Shown: in pieces, positions 1-9,106 of the stretch | Layout of the letters: each line of letters opens with the position of its first letter | How positions within the stretch are numbered: the first letter of the stretch is position 1 | From: Longimicrobiales bacterium | Lineage (GTDB): Bacteria > Gemmatimonadota > Gemmatimonadetes > Longimicrobiales > Gaopeijiaceae | Direction: 5' to 3' | Assembly (NCBI GenBank): GCA_965203485.1 | Contig: OZ241892.1 | Coordinates: 2,688,001 to 2,752,000 of the forward strand | Length of the DNA: 64,000 nucleotides | Position numbers and translations under genes: made by a program | The notes under the pieces: model-generated | Databases searched by the model: none | The model's input: only the letters and a program-made list of their open reading frames with translations | Told to the model about the DNA's origin: nothing

Positions 1-212
1 CGGTGGACCGCGGCTCGCCGACATCAGGGCCGCTGGCGTCCCAGCCCTCAAAGTCGTATGTTGCAGTGTTGCCGGACGTCGGCATCCCCCAACCCGTTCG
101 GATGCAGGAAGAAATGGATGCGCGGCGCGGCTCCGCCTCGACCAATCGCCGCTTCGGAGCGGCTGTCGCCGCCTCAACCCCCAACCACGACTTCGGCGCA
201 AGAGCACGTACC

Positions 213-1328
213 TTGGCAACCTCCCGGAGATTCACCATCTACCTCGCCGGCCCCATCAACGGCTGCAACGAGGGACAGAAGCACAACTGGCGCAGAATGG
301 TCAGGAAGAAGTACGCCGGCGACTTCGACTTCATCGATCCCAGCACCGACGACATGGCCTCCGCAGGCGCTAGCCCACGCGACTTGGTGGAGGCCGACGT
401 CAAGAACATCGAGCGCTCGGACGGCATCCTGGCCAACATGTGGCGCGAGTCCATCGGCACGACGCTCGGCATCGTGCACGCCTCGCGCAAGGACCGCCCC
501 GTCGTGGTCGCCGACCCGAACGGGTTGCGCCACCGAATGCTGGAGTTCTACGCCGACGCGACGGCGGACAACCCGCTTCGGGCCGCAAAGAGACTGCGCG
601 AAATCCTGCGGGCGGAAACGAGCTGGCACGTGCTCAAGTCCGGGGGACGCAGGGAACCGTTCACGCGGCGCAAGATCAGGTTGTCCGTCCAGCAGCTCTG
701 CCGGCAAGCCAACGCCGACGACCTCGGCGTCCCCGTCGTCGTCTTGTCTCAGGTCATGGAGATCCTGGCCAAGGGAGACCGCCGCATCGAGAACACGATC
801 GCCACGACGGACATCGGCGACGCCGTGCTAAGGGTCCTCAAGAGAATGGAGCGCAAGCGAGACCCCGACTTCTTGGGCCTCTCCAATCAATGGCGGCAGC
901 ATTCCCAGGACCGCCGCGTCGCCCATCCGCGCCGCCCGCAACCTCCCGCGCCCGGCCGGATTCGCGTCCGGATCATCTCTCGGAAGGCGCACAGCACAAT
1001 CTGGGGCAAGGCGATTCGCCGCATCGAAGACATTCCGTCCCCCGCCGCCCGGCGGGTACTGGACACCGTTCAGTCCGCCCCCGACGTGGCCGAGATCACT
1101 TTCGGCCCGTTCAGCAACAAGATGTCAAAGGTCTCATGCTGCGCCTCCGTCGCCGAGTCGGACACCCCATTCGTGATCGAGGGACGGCTGTTCGACCGAG
1201 GCGAAAAGGGCACGTTGCAGACGTTCCAGGTGCGGGTCCGGGACGCCGACGCGAAGGCGCAGGTCATGCACCACATCGCCAACGCCCTGAAACGAGGCGG
1301 GCTGTGGACCGGCCACGACGACATCTGA
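213..1328 (+). CDS. Multidomain protein: nucleoside 2-deoxyribosyltransferase-like domain + ATP-cone + DUF2103-like C-terminal domain
   Basis: IYLAGP...W...FIDP...D...I..SDGILA...SIGT (NDT/Rcl fold); VLKSGGRREPFTRRKI (ATP-cone start); C-terminal HST...ITFG...Q.F.V resembles DUF2103. Frame is open from base 3; TTG at 213 (MATSRRFTIYLAG) chosen as the likely start. Confidence 0.7.
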   Translation: MATSRRFTIYLAGPINGCNEGQKHNWRRMVRKKYAGDFDFIDPSTDDMASAGASPRDLVEADVKNIERSDGILANMWRESIGTTLGIVHASRKDRPVVVADPNGLRHRMLEFYADATADNPLRAAKRLREILRAETSWHVLKSGGRREPFTRRKIRLSVQQLCRQANADDLGVPVVVLSQVMEILAKGDRRIENTIATTDIGDAVLRVLKRMERKRDPDFLGLSNQWRQHSQDRRVAHPRRPQPPAPGRIRVRIISRKAHSTIWGKAIRRIEDIPSPAARRVLDTVQSAPDVAEITFGPFSNKMSKVSCCASVAESDTPFVIEGRLFDRGEKGTLQTFQVRVRDADAKAQVMHHIANALKRGGLWTGHDDI

Positions 1329-1394
1329 TTGCCGGGACCCCGTGCTACTCGTCCGACGTTCCGCCTTCAACTCCCCTTCCCCCTTGCTCCTGGC

Positions 1395-1424
1395 TTGACC
1401 GACCCTCCCCCGTCGCGTTATGAT
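1395..1424 (+). promoter_or_regulatory. Putative sigma70 promoter of the ATPase/nuclease pair
   Basis: TTGACC-N18-TATGAT about 60 nt upstream of ATG 1486. Confidence 0.55.
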
Positions 1425-1485
1425 TCCCCTCCCTCAGCGTCCTTGCTGACGGTGCCCGGCCAGCCATGCAACACCCTAGCCGTTC

Positions 1486-2877
1486 ATGATCTTTCGCTTC
1501 GAGAACATCGGCCCGATCACACGCGCTGATCTTGCGCTCGGCGATTTCACGATTATTGCAGGGCGCAACAACACGGGCAAGACCTACGCCGTCTACGCGC
1601 TCTACGGCTTTCTGAAGAACTGGCGTGCCCTCCGGACGTCCCGCACGCTCATTGCCCAACTCCCTCATCTTCGCCTGACGTCCTCCAAGCTCCATTCGCT
1701 CGCAAACGACCTGGCGACGTCGGGCACCGGTCGCATTTCCGTATCCGACAACGCGCTCATGAATGCACGATTCGTTCTCGTCGATCGACTGGCCTCGCAT
1801 TTCTCCGATGCCGGTCTCCCCGCCGTCTTTAGTTCTACTTCCGACGCCTTCGAGAACGCGAAGTTGCATATCGCGTTGAACGACGATCTCCCCGGCCATG
1901 GCTTTACGCCCGTAGACATTGAGACTCCCGGAAAGAATCGCCTGATCGCAGAATACAAGGACGGCCATATCGTCGTTTCGTTCGTGCTCGAGGGAAACAA
2001 TCACTACGGACCCCATGCCGTCGCACGAATGCTTTCACCGTTGCTATTCATATTCTTGTGTCCGCGATTTCCGCAACCGTTCATTCTTTCAGCCGAGCGC
2101 TTCGGAATATCGTTGTTCTACAAGGAACTTGATTTCACCAAGAATCAACTGCTTGACTTGCTCCAGAACATCGACGACCGAAGCAGATCTCCGTATCTAA
2201 TAATCGACAAGACGTTGAGCAGGTATTCGCAACCGATAAAAGACAACATCGAGTACACCAGAGGCTTGTCCGATCTCAAGCGCATGAAGAATTCACTGGC
2301 GGATCGCGAAGTGTTCAACGACGTCAGAGACATGATGGGCGGCGACTATCGCGCTACGGACGACGCCATCCGCTTTCGTTCGAAGACGAGAGGCAAGCGC
2401 AGATTCGACGTTCCGCTTCATCTTGCGTCCTCGTCTGTTCGCGGGCTGTCCGACCTGTACTTCTACCTTCGTCACAAGGCAACGGACAACGATCTTCTGA
2501 TTATTGACGAACCCGAAAGTCATTTGGATACTCGTAATCAGATTGCCGTTGCACGGCTGCTGTCTCGACTAGTGCGAATGGGCATAAGAATTCTTGTGAC
2601 TACGCACAGTGACTATCTTCTCAAGGAAATAAACAACCTCGTGATGCTTCATCAAGTCGCATCTGTCAATGGAGACGCAATTCGAGAATTCGGGTACACG
2701 GAGCAGGATGCCTTGGACCCCACGCGTGTGCTCGCGTACGTTGCGGACCGACATACACTGAAGAGAGCCACTGTGGATGAATACGGCGTCGATATGCCAT
2801 TGTTCGACGATGCTATTGATGACATAAATCATATATCCAATTCTTTGTCGGCGTTCATCGACACCAGCAAATCATAA
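1486..2877 (+). CDS. ABC-type (AAA_15/AAA_21-like) ATPase, putative defence-system sensor
   Basis: Walker A GRNNTGKT, signature-like SSSVRG, Walker B LLIIDEPESHL, H-loop TTHSDY; visibly AT-richer than the backbone. Confidence 0.9.
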   Translation: MIFRFENIGPITRADLALGDFTIIAGRNNTGKTYAVYALYGFLKNWRALRTSRTLIAQLPHLRLTSSKLHSLANDLATSGTGRISVSDNALMNARFVLVDRLASHFSDAGLPAVFSSTSDAFENAKLHIALNDDLPGHGFTPVDIETPGKNRLIAEYKDGHIVVSFVLEGNNHYGPHAVARMLSPLLFIFLCPRFPQPFILSAERFGISLFYKELDFTKNQLLDLLQNIDDRSRSPYLIIDKTLSRYSQPIKDNIEYTRGLSDLKRMKNSLADREVFNDVRDMMGGDYRATDDAIRFRSKTRGKRRFDVPLHLASSSVRGLSDLYFYLRHKATDNDLLIIDEPESHLDTRNQIAVARLLSRLVRMGIRILVTTHSDYLLKEINNLVMLHQVASVNGDAIREFGYTEQDALDPTRVLAYVADRHTLKRATVDEYGVDMPLFDDAIDDINHISNSLSAFIDTSKS

Positions 2878-2878
2878 T

Positions 2879-3454
2879 ATGGCCATGTCTTTCACCGATC
2901 AATTGCGTGATGTCCTGGAACCGAGGCGCCTGCTGATGCTCGAGCAAGGTGACGAAGACGGTTTAGCAAGGCTAGTCTTGAGGGACAGGCAATCCGAAGC
3001 GGTATTTGCGATTACCGCAATGCCGACTTCTGCGACTATTGTAAATTTTGATTCGATGAAGCACTTGGCGGGTATAAGGGAGACCAAGGGAAGCCAACTC
3101 AAGAAAATATGCGATTGCTTGATCGTCCTGCGCAACGACGAACGATATGAGGCCGTGCTGGTTGAGATGAAGAAGACGATGCGACATGGTGACGAGACCG
3201 CGAAAGAACAACTTCGTCGATCGTTGCCGCTATTGAAGTACTTGAAGAGCGTATGCGCGATCGAATATCGGAGCAAGCCGAGCGTGCGCGTGCACTACGC
3301 CGTCGTGGCCTACCAACGCAGCGACCGCTTTCCGAAGCAAGGGATTCGGAATTCGTTGGGGAGCCGGAGCGCCGACGAGGACTACGAAGGTATTCGGGTC
3401 AGGACGATCGTGGGATCTCCGACGACGGCGGCATCGTTGTGGACTGCGGACTGA
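2879..3454 (+). CDS. Hypothetical protein, putative PD-(D/E)xK-like nuclease
   Basis: Starts 1 nt after the ATPase stop; CDCLIV...LVEMK...AKEQL fits the D...ExK...Q restriction-endonuclease-like motif; AT-rich. Confidence 0.7.
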   Translation: MAMSFTDQLRDVLEPRRLLMLEQGDEDGLARLVLRDRQSEAVFAITAMPTSATIVNFDSMKHLAGIRETKGSQLKKICDCLIVLRNDERYEAVLVEMKKTMRHGDETAKEQLRRSLPLLKYLKSVCAIEYRSKPSVRVHYAVVAYQRSDRFPKQGIRNSLGSRSADEDYEGIRVRTIVGSPTTAASLWTAD

Positions 3455-3456
3455 TC

Positions 3457-6400
3457 GTGTCCGTGCGCACGGTGTGCGGGAAGACCGGCGGGACGTGGAC
3501 CGTTTGCCGGACAGTTCTTGTCGTCCTGGGCCTGCACTTGTCGTCCAGCGCCGCGGCCGCCCAGGGAGTGACCACCGGCGCCGTCGCCGGCTTCGTGCGG
3601 GACGCCGGCCAGCGGCCGATCGCGGGCGCGAGCATAACCGCAGTGCATGTGGAGTCGGGCACTCGCTACGTGGCGTCCAGCCGGTCTGGCGGCGCCTTTT
3701 CGTTGCCGAACATGCGCATTGGGGGGCCGTACCTGTTGTCGGCGGAGATGGTCGGGCACGCGACCGACGCCGAGGAGGAGGTGTTCGTGCTTCTTGGCCA
3801 AACCGTGCACGTCGACTTCATCCTGGAAGCCGAGGCCATTCGCTTGGCTGGCGTCGAGGTGACCGTGACGGCGGAGGAGCGTCGGCTCGCGGACCGCACC
3901 GGAGCCGCCACGTGGATCAGCCCTGACGAAGTGGCCGCCTTGCCGTCGGTCAAGCGCACGACGCGCGACTTGGTGCGCACCGACCCGCGCAACGACGGCA
4001 ACTTGTCGTTCGGCGGACGCAACTGGCTCTTCAACAACGTATCCCTGGACGGCTCCTACTTCAGCAACCCGTTCGGGCTGGACGATCCGGCGCCGGGCGG
4101 CCAGGCGAACGCCGAGCCCGTGCCCTTCGACGCGGTCGAGCAGGTGCACGTCTCAATCGCTCCGTTCGACGTGCGCGAAGGAGGCTTCACGGGCGCCAAC
4201 GTCAACACGGTGACCAAGAGCGGCACCAACGACTGGCGCGCGTCTGCCTACACGTTCGTGCGCAACGAGTCGCTGCTCGGCAACCGCGTCGACGGCAACA
4301 TCGTCTCGGCGCGCCCGGATCTGGCCTTCAACCAGTCGGGCGTCACGTTCTCGGGGCCGCTCGTGCGCAACAAGGTGCTGTTCTTCGTGAACGGCGAGAT
4401 CGAGCGGCGCGACGACCCAGGGACGGACTTCCTCGCCGACAGGGACGGCGTGGTGGACTTCGGCGAATCGCGGGTGCGCGCTTCGGTCATGGATTCGATT
4501 CGCGCCCGAATGATCTCCGAGTACGGCTACGATCCCGGCCCGTACGAAGGTTACGTGCACGAAACGGACAACGACAAGATGCTGGCCAAGCTGGACTGGA
4601 ACATCACCGGACGCCATCACCTTGTCTTCCGGTACAGCTACCTGAACGCTAGGCGAGAGCAAGGGCCGCATCCGTGGGCCATCGCGTTCAACAACACGGG
4701 CCGGGGCCCGAACGCGGCCTCGTTGCCCTTCCGCGACGCAGGCTACGAGATCAACAATCAGCTTAATTCGTTCGCGCTGGAACTCAACAGCCGGGGCGCT
4801 TCCTTCGCCAACCGCTTCTTCGCGAGCTGGAACCGCTTTCGCGACTTCCGCGTCCCCTTCAGCGCAGACTATCCGACGATCGAGATCGGCGAGGGCGGCA
4901 TCAGCTACACGACCTTGGGTCACGAACCCTTCTCGATTCGCAACATCGTGAACCAAGACGTCATTCAGTTGACGAACAACTTCACCCTGTATGCGGGCAT
5001 GCACGAGTTGACGGCGGGAGCCAACTTCGAGACGTTCGGTTTCGGCAACTCGTTCAACCTGTTCCGCCACGGGCTGTTCTTTCTGCCGTACTCGCTGTCC
5101 GTCGGCTCCACGTTCTCGTCGGTCGAGGAGTTCTTCGCCGGGACGGAGGGAGGCGCAAAGGACTTCGAGTCGATGATCGGCCGGGGACCCTACAAGGGCG
5201 AGAACACGGACGCGGGCCAGCTGTCGTTCTATGCGCAGGACAAGTTCGTCCTGGGCGGCCGCGTGACAGTGACCGCCGGGCTTCGCGTGGACATGCCGAT
5301 GTACTTCACCGATCCGGTGGACAATCCTTTCTCCAGAGGGCTCGCGGCCCGCGACCGCGACGGCAACCCCGAGATCGTCGACCAGAGCGCGTTGCCGGGG
5401 GCGACGCCGGTCCTCTCGCCGCGCGTCGGCTTCAACTGGGACGTCGCCGGAGACGGCTCGACCCGCGTGCGCGGCGGAACGGGCTTGTTCACCGGGCGGA
5501 TTCCGTTCGTCTGGCTGGGCAATGTGATCTCGAACCCCGGGGCCAACCCGAACATCTGGGCGCCCGGCACGAACGAGGACGTCCCGCAAGTCCGCACGGC
5601 CGAGAACACCGTCCTTCAGCAGTCGTTCGACCTGAACGCGCTGGACTCCGACTTCCGCTGGCCGCAGGTCTGGGTGACCGACGTGGCCGTCGACCAGCGC
5701 TTGGCGAAGGGTCTCGTCGGCACCGTCGAACTCGTCTATGGAAACGACGTCGCCGCCATCGTGGCGAGGAACGCCGACCTAGGCCCGCCGGTGCGGACCC
5801 TGCGCGACGGCCGTCCCTACTACGGCGGCGCGGGCGCGAACGAGCTGAACCCCGACGGCGGCGCCGGCATCTACGTGATGGACAACATCGACGACGGCTA
5901 CAACGCGAGCCTGTCGGCTCAGTTGCGCAAGTCGTTCGAGAACGGCGCCGGCGCGTCGCTGTCGTACGCCTTCACGCAGGCCAAGAACGCCCTCAAGTCG
6001 ACCGAGATCGCGTCGGTTCTCTGGCAGAACCTGCCGGTCCAGGGCGATCCCAACAACCCGCGTCTGTCGTGGTCCGAGTTCGGCCCAAGGCACCGGCTCG
6101 TGGCGACGGCCACGTACACGCACCGGTGGTCGGAGCGCTTCGCGACCCGCTTCGGCCTATTCGGCGAAGTTGCGCGGGGCGGACGCTTCACGGCGGCGGG
6201 CGGCAACCGCTTCTCGTTCGTCTACGCCGGGGACGTCAACGGGGACGGACAGGCCGGCAACGACCTCATCTACGTTCCGCGCAACCAAAGCGACATCAAC
6301 CTGGCCGACCCGGCCGACTGGCCGCTCCTCGACGCCTTCATCGAGCAGGACGAGTACCTGCGGGGACGCCGCGGCCAAATCGCCGAGCGCATGGGCGCGC

Positions 6401-6693
6401 TGGCCCCGTGGTTCGCCAACCTGGACATCCGCGTGCTTCAGGACATCGCCCTTGCGGGCCAGACTCTCCAGCTCAGCATGGACGCGCTGAACGTGGGCAA
6501 TCTCCTCAACAGCGGCTGGGGAGTGCGCAAGGTCGCCGACCCCAGCGCCACGTCGCCGCTGCGCCTGGTCGAGTTCGACGCGGCGGGCGAGCCCGTGCTG
6601 GACTTCGTCGGCCCCGCCAAGACCTTCGTCGCCGATCCCGGCATCTTCTCGCGCTGGCGCATCCAGCTGGGAGCGCGCGTGATCGTGGGATGA
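3457..6693 (+). CDS. TonB-dependent receptor (Oar-like, carboxypeptidase-regulatory N-domain)
   Basis: Signal peptide (SSSAAAAQ), G.V.D..P..GA.I N-domain, plug FDVREGGFTGANVNTVTKSGTN, beta-barrel ending RIQLGARVIVG; start GTG 3457 inferred. Confidence 0.9.
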   Translation: MSVRTVCGKTGGTWTVCRTVLVVLGLHLSSSAAAAQGVTTGAVAGFVRDAGQRPIAGASITAVHVESGTRYVASSRSGGAFSLPNMRIGGPYLLSAEMVGHATDAEEEVFVLLGQTVHVDFILEAEAIRLAGVEVTVTAEERRLADRTGAATWISPDEVAALPSVKRTTRDLVRTDPRNDGNLSFGGRNWLFNNVSLDGSYFSNPFGLDDPAPGGQANAEPVPFDAVEQVHVSIAPFDVREGGFTGANVNTVTKSGTNDWRASAYTFVRNESLLGNRVDGNIVSARPDLAFNQSGVTFSGPLVRNKVLFFVNGEIERRDDPGTDFLADRDGVVDFGESRVRASVMDSIRARMISEYGYDPGPYEGYVHETDNDKMLAKLDWNITGRHHLVFRYSYLNARREQGPHPWAIAFNNTGRGPNAASLPFRDAGYEINNQLNSFALELNSRGASFANRFFASWNRFRDFRVPFSADYPTIEIGEGGISYTTLGHEPFSIRNIVNQDVIQLTNNFTLYAGMHELTAGANFETFGFGNSFNLFRHGLFFLPYSLSVGSTFSSVEEFFAGTEGGAKDFESMIGRGPYKGENTDAGQLSFYAQDKFVLGGRVTVTAGLRVDMPMYFTDPVDNPFSRGLAARDRDGNPEIVDQSALPGATPVLSPRVGFNWDVAGDGSTRVRGGTGLFTGRIPFVWLGNVISNPGANPNIWAPGTNEDVPQVRTAENTVLQQSFDLNALDSDFRWPQVWVTDVAVDQRLAKGLVGTVELVYGNDVAAIVARNADLGPPVRTLRDGRPYYGGAGANELNPDGGAGIYVMDNIDDGYNASLSAQLRKSFENGAGASLSYAFTQAKNALKSTEIASVLWQNLPVQGDPNNPRLSWSEFGPRHRLVATATYTHRWSERFATRFGLFGEVARGGRFTAAGGNRFSFVYAGDVNGDGQAGNDLIYVPRNQSDINLADPADWPLLDAFIEQDEYLRGRRGQIAERMGALAPWFANLDIRVLQDIALAGQTLQLSMDALNVGNLLNSGWGVRKVADPSATSPLRLVEFDAAGEPVLDFVGPAKTFVADPGIFSRWRIQLGARVIVG

Positions 6694-6726
6694 CGACGAC
6701 GACGCGCGGCCCATCGCCCCGGCAAC

Positions 6727-6762
6727 AAGAAAAAAGCCTGCCCGCGCAAGGCGAACAGGCTT
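6727..6762 (-). terminator. Intrinsic terminator of the tRNA array
   Basis: Minus strand AAGCCTGTTCGC-loop-GCGGGCAGGCTT followed by TTTT, just downstream of the last tRNA. Confidence 0.7.
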
Positions 6763-6800
6763 GGGCGGGGGGTTTTGGGCCCCACTGAAGAAGCAGAGAG

Positions 6801-6884
6801 CGGAGGCGGAGGGACTCGAACCCCCAAGTGCTCGCGCACGCCGCATTTCGAGTGCGGTGCCTTACCAGTTAGGACTACGCCTCC
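6801..6884 (-). tRNA. tRNA-Ser(CGA)
   Basis: Cloverleaf; anticodon arm CCGCA-CT CGA AA-TGCGG; long variable arm; GGTTCGAGTCC. Confidence 0.95.
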
Positions 6885-6918
6885 AAGTGGTGCGGCCGGA
6901 TGGGTGTGCCGACCGAAA

Positions 6919-6992
6919 TCGGGGCGCCCGGATTTGAACCGGGGACCTCTGCGACCCGAACGCAGCGCTCTACCGGGCTGAGCCACGCCCCG
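6919..6992 (-). tRNA. tRNA-Pro(CGG)
   Basis: CGGGGCG acceptor; CTGCG-TT CGG GT-CGCAG; GGTTCAAATCC. Confidence 0.95.
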
Positions 6993-7125
6993 TGGTTTTT
7001 GGATGATTGCGGCATCGGTCTCGCGGAACCGCCGAGAACGCCCCGGACGTCGCCGCAAACGCCGCGGCGCTGTCCTTGTGGCAACCCGGCAACCCAGCGA
7101 TCCGGCGATCCCAGGAACACGAGAG

Positions 7126-7209
7126 CGGACGGGGTGGGATTCGAACCCACGCGGGCGGATGCCCACACGATTTCCAGTCGTGCGCCTTAAGCCACTCGGC
7201 CACCCGTCC
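7126..7209 (-). tRNA. tRNA-Ser(GGA)
   Basis: CACGA-CT GGA AA-TCGTG; long variable arm. Confidence 0.95.
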
Positions 7210-7273
7210 TCGGGACGCCCCCGGACCACGGCGCCGCCTGCGCGCCCAGCCCGGCGTCCTTCGGAACAGAAAG

Positions 7274-7358
7274 CGGAGGGAGTGGGATTCGAACCCACGT
7301 GGCCACATGGACCAACGCCTTAGCAGGGCGCCGCTTTTAGCCGCTCAGCCATCCCTCC
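7274..7358 (-). tRNA. tRNA-Ser(GCT)
   Basis: GCGCC-CT GCT AA-GGCGT; long variable arm. Confidence 0.95.
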
Positions 7359-7362
7359 CGAA

Positions 7363-7435
7363 TAGCCCCGCCTGGGCTCGAACCAGGACTCTTCTGATCC
7401 AGAGTCAGACGTGTTGCCAATTACACCACGGGGCT
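7363..7435 (-). tRNA. tRNA-Gln(CTG)
   Basis: TCTGA-CT CTG GA-TCAGA. Confidence 0.95.
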
Positions 7436-7458
7436 GTTGCCGGCGCCGAGGCGCCGAG

Positions 7459-7531
7459 AGCCACCGGTCGGACTTGAACCGACGACCCCGTCATTACGAG
7501 TGACGTGCTCTACCAGCTGAGCTACGGTGGC
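7459..7531 (-). tRNA. tRNA-Thr(CGT)
   Basis: CGTCA-CT CGT AA-TGACG. Confidence 0.95.
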
Positions 7532-7567
7532 GTGCCCGGCCCCCGCCGCGCTGGGCGAGGCCGGAAG

Positions 7568-7640
7568 TGGAGCCGAGGGGAGTCGAACCCCTGACCTCAG
7601 CATTGCGAACGCTGCGCTCTCCCAACTGAGCTACGGCCCC
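7568..7640 (-). tRNA. tRNA-Ala(CGC)
   Basis: GGGGCCG acceptor with G3:U70; CAGCG-TT CGC AA-TGCTG. Confidence 0.95.
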
Positions 7641-7653
7641 TGTTTCCACGAAA

Positions 7654-7727
7654 TGGGCGCGACAGGACTCGAACCTGTGACCTCCACGATGTCAACGTGG
7701 CACTCTAACCAGCTGAGCTACGCGCCC
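7654..7727 (-). tRNA. tRNA-Val(GAC)
   Basis: CCACG-TT GAC AT-CGTGG. Confidence 0.95.
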
Positions 7728-7750
7728 TTCTTCCGGCGGAGCCCGCGAAG

Positions 7751-7824
7751 TGCGCCCGGGAGGACTCGAACCCCCAACCCCCTGATCCGTAGTCAGGTAC
7801 TCTATCCAATTGAGCTACGGGCGC
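7751..7824 (-). tRNA. tRNA-Arg(ACG)
   Basis: CCTGA-CT ACG GA-TCAGG. Confidence 0.95.
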
Positions 7825-7886
7825 GCCCGTCCGGAGCAAAACGAGCGCCACAGCCGCTCGGCGCCGCCCTCCGTCTCTGCGTTCCA

Positions 7887-7970
7887 TGCCCACGACAGGA
7901 CTCGAACCTGTACGTCCTCTCGAACACTGGTCCCTCAAACCAGCCTGTCTACCAATTCCAGCACGTGGGC
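7887..7970 (-). tRNA. tRNA-Leu(GAG)
   Basis: CTGGT-TT GAG GG-ACCAG; long variable arm. Confidence 0.95.
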
Positions 7971-8028
7971 GGTCATCGCGGCCCCGCGCGAGAGGCCACG
8001 AGGCGCTCGCCGCCGGGAACCCGCGAAG

Positions 8029-8113
8029 TGCTCGGGGAGGGATTCGAACCCTCACGGGGTTAGCCCCCACAGGATCCTGAATCCTGCGCGTCTACCAATT
8101 CCGCCACCCGAGC
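8029..8113 (-). tRNA. tRNA-Leu(CAG)
   Basis: CAGGA-TT CAG GA-TCCTG; long variable arm. Confidence 0.95.
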
Positions 8114-8143
8114 TTGGCCGGGCCGCGACCCGGCGGCCGGCAG

Positions 8144-8216
8144 TGGAGCCGAGGGGAGTCGAACCCCTGACCTCCTGAATGCCATTCAGGCGCTCTCCCA
8201 ACTGAGCTACGGCCCC
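8144..8216 (-). tRNA. tRNA-Ala(GGC)
   Basis: CCTGA-AT GGC AT-TCAGG; G3:U70. Confidence 0.95.
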
Positions 8217-8296
8217 AGCATTGCCGGAAGCGACGCGAACTGGGAAGCCCGGTCCGCGATCGCTCTTGCGACCCTTGTTTTCAAACACCGCCTCAG

Positions 8297-8371
8297 CGGG
8301 GCTGACGGGACTCGAACCCGCGGCCTCCGGTGTGACAGACCGGCACTCTAACCGAACTGAGCTACAGCCCC
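8297..8371 (-). tRNA. tRNA-Asp(GTC)
   Basis: CCGGT-CT GTC AC-ACCGG. Confidence 0.95.
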
Positions 8372-8471
8372 CCGATCCCGTTTTGTCCGTGGAACTTCCC
8401 GGTCCGGCACGGCCGTTGCGCCGGCCCCCTTCCCCGGCTTGCACTGGCCGCCCCAGCCCCGGAAGCCCCGA

Positions 8472-8543
8472 TACCCTCACGGGGAATCGAACCCCGATCT
8501 CCACCTTGAAAGAGTGGTGTCCTAACCGTTAGACGATGAGGGC
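8472..8543 (-). tRNA. tRNA-Glu(TTC)
   Basis: CCACT-CT TTC AA-GGTGG. Confidence 0.95.
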
Positions 8544-8554
8544 GCCGCTCGAGG

Positions 8555-8628
8555 CAGGCCCGGAGGGACTCGAACCCCCAACCGCCGGTTTTGGAGACCG
8601 GTGCTCTACCAAGTTGAGCTACGGACCT
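8555..8628 (-). tRNA. tRNA-Trp(CCA)
   Basis: CCGGT-CT CCA AA-ACCGG. Confidence 0.95.
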
Positions 8629-8647
8629 GTCTTTCCCGCCTTCTCCA

Positions 8648-8720
8648 TGGCCAGGGGCGGAATCGAACCGCCGACACCGCGATTTTCAGTCGCGTGCTCT
8701 ACCAACTGAGCTACCTGGCC
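8648..8720 (-). tRNA. tRNA-Phe(GAA)
   Basis: CGCGA-CT GAA AA-TCGCG. Confidence 0.95.
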
Positions 8721-8858
8721 ATCCCCACGCCCGCCGACAAAAAACCGACCGGGCTGGTTCCGGCCACGGCCTCGCCGCCGCGCCCGTCCCAGAACCCTGG
8801 CCGGCCTGCCGTCCGAAGACCGGCGCCAACTCCGTGCGCCGTCGCCGAACGTGTCGAG

Positions 8859-8932
<74 letters not shown>

Positions 8933-8943
8933 GGAAGTCTCGA

Positions 8944-8973
8944 ATCGTAACACAAACGCCCGACGGCCGTCAA
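8944..8973 (-). promoter_or_regulatory. sigma70 promoter of the tRNA array
   Basis: Minus strand TTGACG-N18-TACGAT with extended -10 TG, 11 nt before tRNA-fMet. Confidence 0.7.
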
Positions 8974-9106
8974 CTCCCCCCACGCAGGCGCGGGCGCGGA
9001 CCGGTCTGGGAGCCCCGGCCGCGCCGGCGGGCGGCCGCCGAACCGGTTATCTTGGATGATGTGGGCGCCGCCGCAACCCGCCGAAGCGCGCGAAAGGAGG
9101 GCCGGA

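Noticed and set aside
1..1480. Retron or NrdR interpretation of the NDT/ATP-cone gene
   Set aside because: No reverse transcriptase or msr-msd in the window, and no NrdR zinc ribbon; sequence upstream of the window cannot be seen
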